From positions 1 to 47,537 of the forward strand of contig DASPKS010000180.1 of NCBI GenBank assembly GCA_035628035.1: a stretch of DNA of 47,537 nt. The letters are read 5' to 3'. Position numbers and translations under genes: made by a program. This stretch comes from Rubricoccaceae bacterium (GTDB taxonomy: Bacteria; Bacteroidota; Rhodothermia; Rhodothermales; Rubricoccaceae). Positions 44,741-47,537 of this stretch are shown one piece after another (within the stretch, counting starts at the first letter, position 1; each line of letters opens with the position of its first letter). Under the pieces are notes generated by a model. The model ran no database searches. It worked only from the letters and a program-made list of their open reading frames with translations, and was not told where the DNA came from.

Positions 44741-47242
44741 ATGCTCCGCTACCGGCCGTCTCTACTCACCCTCGCCTTTCGCTTCGCGTTGCCCTTCGGG
44801 GTTCTCTTCGCTGCCGCCGCGGCGGTCTCTTCTGCCCAGCCCGCCGGCCCCGGCGGCCCGCCGCAGGGCGGCGCCATCGCCGGGCGTGTGGTCGACGCCG
44901 CCACCGGCGCGCCCATCGGCTTCGCCACCGTCGCGCTCTACCAGGCCCCCGACACCGCGTTCGTGACGGGCACCGTCACGGGCGACGACGGCGCCTTCCT
45001 CATCGAGCGGCTCCGGCCCGGCACCTACGAGGTGCGCGTGAGCTTCGTCGGCTACGCGAGCCGGTCCATCGGCGACGTGGCCGTGCGGCCCGGCCCGCCC
45101 GTCGCGCTCGGCGACGTCCGCCTCGAAGAGGCGGCGGCCCAGCTCGACGAGACCGAGGTGACGGCGCAGCGTGAGCTCGTCGAGCAGCAGGCCGACCGCA
45201 CCGTCTACAACGTCGCCAACCAGCCCGTCTCGACGGGCGGCAGCGCGCTCGAGACGCTCCAGACGCTCCCCTCCATCGAGGTCGACACCGACGGCAACCT
45301 CGCCCTGCGTGGCAACCAGAACGTGGCCGTCCACATCAACGGGCGGCCGGTGCCTGTCCGCGGCGCGTTCCTCGCCGGGATGCTCCGCCAGATCCCCGCC
45401 ACGAACGTCGAGCGCATCGAGGTCATCCCGAACCCGTCGGCCCGCCACGAGGCCGACGAGATGGGCGGCATCATCAACATCGTGCTCAAGCAGGGGACGA
45501 GCCGCGGGCTCTCCGGCGGGTTCACGCTCGGGGGCGGCTCCGCCCCCGCGGGCGAGGCCTCGGGGAACGTGAGCTACCAGCAGGGCCGCTTCGATGGGAC
45601 GGCCTCCTACGGCCTCCGCTACGACGACTTCGACATGGTCGCCTTCTCCGACCGCACGGTCTTCGACAGCACCGGCACGAGCGGCACGCGCTCGCTCCAG
45701 GACTTCTCGGCCACCAACGGCTTCCTCTCCCACCTCTTCAACGGGACGCTCGACTACACCCTCCGCCCCGGCCTCTTCGCCACCCTCAACGGCTCGCTCT
45801 CGGCCCGCTTCGGCGACACCGACAACTTCAGCACGGTCGACGTCGCCCCGACGGGCGGGAGCGCGACCGGCCGCGAGGTCCAGATCACCGACGGCGGCCA
45901 CGACGGCACCAACGCCGACGTCTCGCTCGGCCTCCGCCGCGAGTTCGCCCCCCAGACGCACACCCTCTCCGCCGAGGCCCGCTTCACGCGGAACTGGGAC
46001 GAGGACGACGACGCCTTCACCTTCCGCTCGCTCGACCTCGACGACCCCGCTTCGTCCGACTCCTCGTTCTCCCGCAACCTCGTGGCCTACACCACGCACG
46101 AGGGGTATTTCCAGACGGACTACGTCCGCCCGCTCGGCCGCGGCCGGTTCGAGGCCGGCGGGAAGGGTACGGTGCGCCGGCAGGACAACGACCTCCTCTT
46201 CGAGGACCTCATCGACGGGGAGTACACGACGAACCCCGACCGCACGAACCGCTTCGTCCTCGACGAGCACGTCTACGCGGGCTACCTCCAGGCGGCGCAC
46301 CCGGTGGGGCCCGTCGAGGTGCAGCTCGGCCTCCGCGCCGAGGCCTTCAGCCGGGACTACGCGCTGACGGCGGCCGAGCAGGAGGACACCGGCGCCATCG
46401 CCCTTCGCCTCGACCTCTTCCCGAGCGCGTTCGTCTCGTACACCTACGGGGAGGGCTCGCTCGTGAAGGCGAGCTACAGCCGGCGGATCAACCGCCCGCG
46501 CCACTTCATGCTCAACCCCTTCACCACGTTCGAGGACCAGTTCAACATCCGCCGAGGGAATCCCGACCTCCTGCCGGAGTTCACCGACGCCTTCGAGCTC
46601 ACGCTCCAGTACAGGTACTTCCTCACGCTCACCCCGTTCTACCGCCGCACCACCGACCCCATCCGCCAGCGGCTCACCGTCGGCGAGGACGGCGTCTCGG
46701 TGTTCTCCTTCCAGAACTTCGACGAGGACGAGAGCTACGGGGCCGACCTCACGCTCGCGCTGGCGCTCCCCGGCAACCGCCTCCGCGGCTTCCTCTCGGG
46801 GAGCGCGTTCCGCAGCGTCACCGACGGCGGGAGCATCGAGAGCGGGCTGGCCGCCGACGCGCTCGGGTGGAACGTGCGCGGGAACGTGCAGGCGAACCTC
46901 CGCCGCGGCACCGACCTCCAGCTCTTCGCCTTCTACCGCGCCCCGCTCGACGTGCCCGACGGGCGGATCTCCGGGTTCGGCGTCGCCACGCTGGGCCTGA
47001 GCCAGAAGCTGCTGAACGACCGCGCCACCGTGTCGCTCCGCGTGAACGACGTCCTCTCGACCTCGCGCTTCCAGTGGCGGACGGAGGACGAGACGCGGAA
47101 CTACACGTTCTTCGGCGAGCGGAACCCCGACCTCCAGCAGGTGAACCTCACGTTCACGTACACCTTCGGGCAGCAGCCGCGCCGCCGCCCGCCGCCGCGC
47201 CCGCAGGAGCAGCCGCAGCAGGACGGCGGGTTCGGGTTCTGA
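44741..47242 (+). CDS. TonB-dependent receptor / outer-membrane beta-barrel protein with CarboxypepD_reg-like N-terminal domain
   Basis: ATG 44741 with signal peptide MLRYRPSLLTLAFRFALPFGVLFAAAAAVSSAQ. It has IAGRVVDAATGAPIGFATVAL and YEVRVSFVGY (CarboxypepD_reg), a plug region (..LETLQTLPSIEVD..NVERIEVIPNPSA), a long barrel and a C-terminal ..GGFGF. Confidence 0.9.
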   Translation: MLRYRPSLLTLAFRFALPFGVLFAAAAAVSSAQPAGPGGPPQGGAIAGRVVDAATGAPIGFATVALYQAPDTAFVTGTVTGDDGAFLIERLRPGTYEVRVSFVGYASRSIGDVAVRPGPPVALGDVRLEEAAAQLDETEVTAQRELVEQQADRTVYNVANQPVSTGGSALETLQTLPSIEVDTDGNLALRGNQNVAVHINGRPVPVRGAFLAGMLRQIPATNVERIEVIPNPSARHEADEMGGIINIVLKQGTSRGLSGGFTLGGGSAPAGEASGNVSYQQGRFDGTASYGLRYDDFDMVAFSDRTVFDSTGTSGTRSLQDFSATNGFLSHLFNGTLDYTLRPGLFATLNGSLSARFGDTDNFSTVDVAPTGGSATGREVQITDGGHDGTNADVSLGLRREFAPQTHTLSAEARFTRNWDEDDDAFTFRSLDLDDPASSDSSFSRNLVAYTTHEGYFQTDYVRPLGRGRFEAGGKGTVRRQDNDLLFEDLIDGEYTTNPDRTNRFVLDEHVYAGYLQAAHPVGPVEVQLGLRAEAFSRDYALTAAEQEDTGAIALRLDLFPSAFVSYTYGEGSLVKASYSRRINRPRHFMLNPFTTFEDQFNIRRGNPDLLPEFTDAFELTLQYRYFLTLTPFYRRTTDPIRQRLTVGEDGVSVFSFQNFDEDESYGADLTLALALPGNRLRGFLSGSAFRSVTDGGSIESGLAADALGWNVRGNVQANLRRGTDLQLFAFYRAPLDVPDGRISGFGVATLGLSQKLLNDRATVSLRVNDVLSTSRFQWRTEDETRNYTFFGERNPDLQQVNLTFTYTFGQQPRRRPPPRPQEQPQQDGGFGF
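44778..44805 (+). repeat. right copy of the 28-bp perfect inverted repeat
   Basis: ttcgcttcgcgttgcccttcggggttct lies in sense orientation within codons 13-22 of the TonB-dependent receptor gene. Confidence 0.9.
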
Positions 47243-47263
47243 TCCGAACGCACACCGCGTAAC

Positions 47264-47306
47264 AAAGACCGCCGGCAAGGCCTCCCTTGCCGGCGGTCTT
47301 TTTTTA
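47264..47306 (+). terminator. rho-independent terminator
   Basis: aaagaccgccggcaagg / ccttgccggcggtcttt stem with loop cctc and a T-run (47299-47305), about 20 nt after the receptor stop. Confidence 0.8.
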
Positions 47307-47352
47307 CCGTTCGGGATGCCCTATCCTCCTCCTCCAAGCGAGGGGTTTCCCG

Positions 47353-47537
47353 ATGCGACGCCTGCTCCTCCTGCTCACCGTGCTGGCAGCTCACCCAGCG
47401 CTCGCTCAGCCCGGCGCCGTTCGCTACGTGGACGTAGATGCCCCATCCGGCGGCGATGGCGCATCGTGGGGAACCGCCTTCAACCAGTTGCCAGACGCGC
47501 TGGCCTACGCCGCTTCGCATCCGGAGGTGCGCCAGCT
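47353..47537 (+). CDS. secreted protein, 3' end outside window (possibly right-handed beta-helix type)
   Basis: ATG 47353 gives MRRLLLLLTVLAAHPALAQPGAVRYVDVDAPSGGDGASWGTAFNQLPDALAYA.. A signal peptide followed by YVD..GGDG.SW..AF..L..AL is a common N-terminus of beta-helix proteins. The frame is open to the window end. Confidence 0.5.
   Translation, partial: MRRLLLLLTVLAAHPALAQPGAVRYVDVDAPSGGDGASWGTAFNQLPDALAYAASHPEVRQ

Noticed and set aside
44762-47278. An 838-aa minus-strand ORF antisense to the TonB-dependent receptor. Similar antisense ORFs occur at 14594..15973, 17546..19000, 10944..13280 and 3105..4079.
   Set aside because: The reasoning is the same. The opposite-strand genes carry diagnostic motifs, while these translations are Arg/Gly/Glu/Val-rich with no domain signatures.

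Overview
This is a very GC-rich chromosomal window, roughly 70% GC by eye (not computed). It is densely packed with about 47 protein-coding genes. I recognised no rRNA, tRNA, CRISPR array, transposase or integrase. Several family signatures point by inference to a Bacteroidota/Rhodothermota-type organism: a T9SS-type sorting-domain motif, a CarboxypepD_reg TonB-dependent receptor, a propeller/Y_Y_Y histidine kinase, DUF5683 after parB, an alternative-form CcmD, and a Bacteroidetes-like serine-palmitoyltransferase-type enzyme. Most content is housekeeping: metH, rsmA-mgtE, ccmBCDE, murB, aroA, add, tatA, sucD, engB and parAB. Many long ORFs in the six-frame track are antisense or extension artefacts of the GC content, so I trimmed starts by reading the DNA. 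Observations worth a second look:
- A 28-bp perfect inverted repeat sits in frame inside the signal-peptide codons of the two genes that bracket a histidine kinase/LuxR pair.
- An ECF43-like sigma factor and a Ser/Thr kinase flank a secreted protein whose T9SS-type sorting domain is at the N-terminus rather than the C-terminus.
- CcmE carries CxxxY in place of HxxxY, in a ccm cluster lacking ccmA/F/H and coupled to a DUF1499 gene.
- An orphan HslV-like Ntn hydrolase is packed behind mgtE.
- An ADP-ribosylglycohydrolase-fold protein appears to have lost its metal-binding aspartates.
- ParA has a proline-rich tail of about 180 aa.
- A MerR/TipA-type promoter has a dyad in a 20-nt spacer.
- There is a possible frameshift at the left edge.

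All family calls come from motif recognition by eye. No searches or computations were run.
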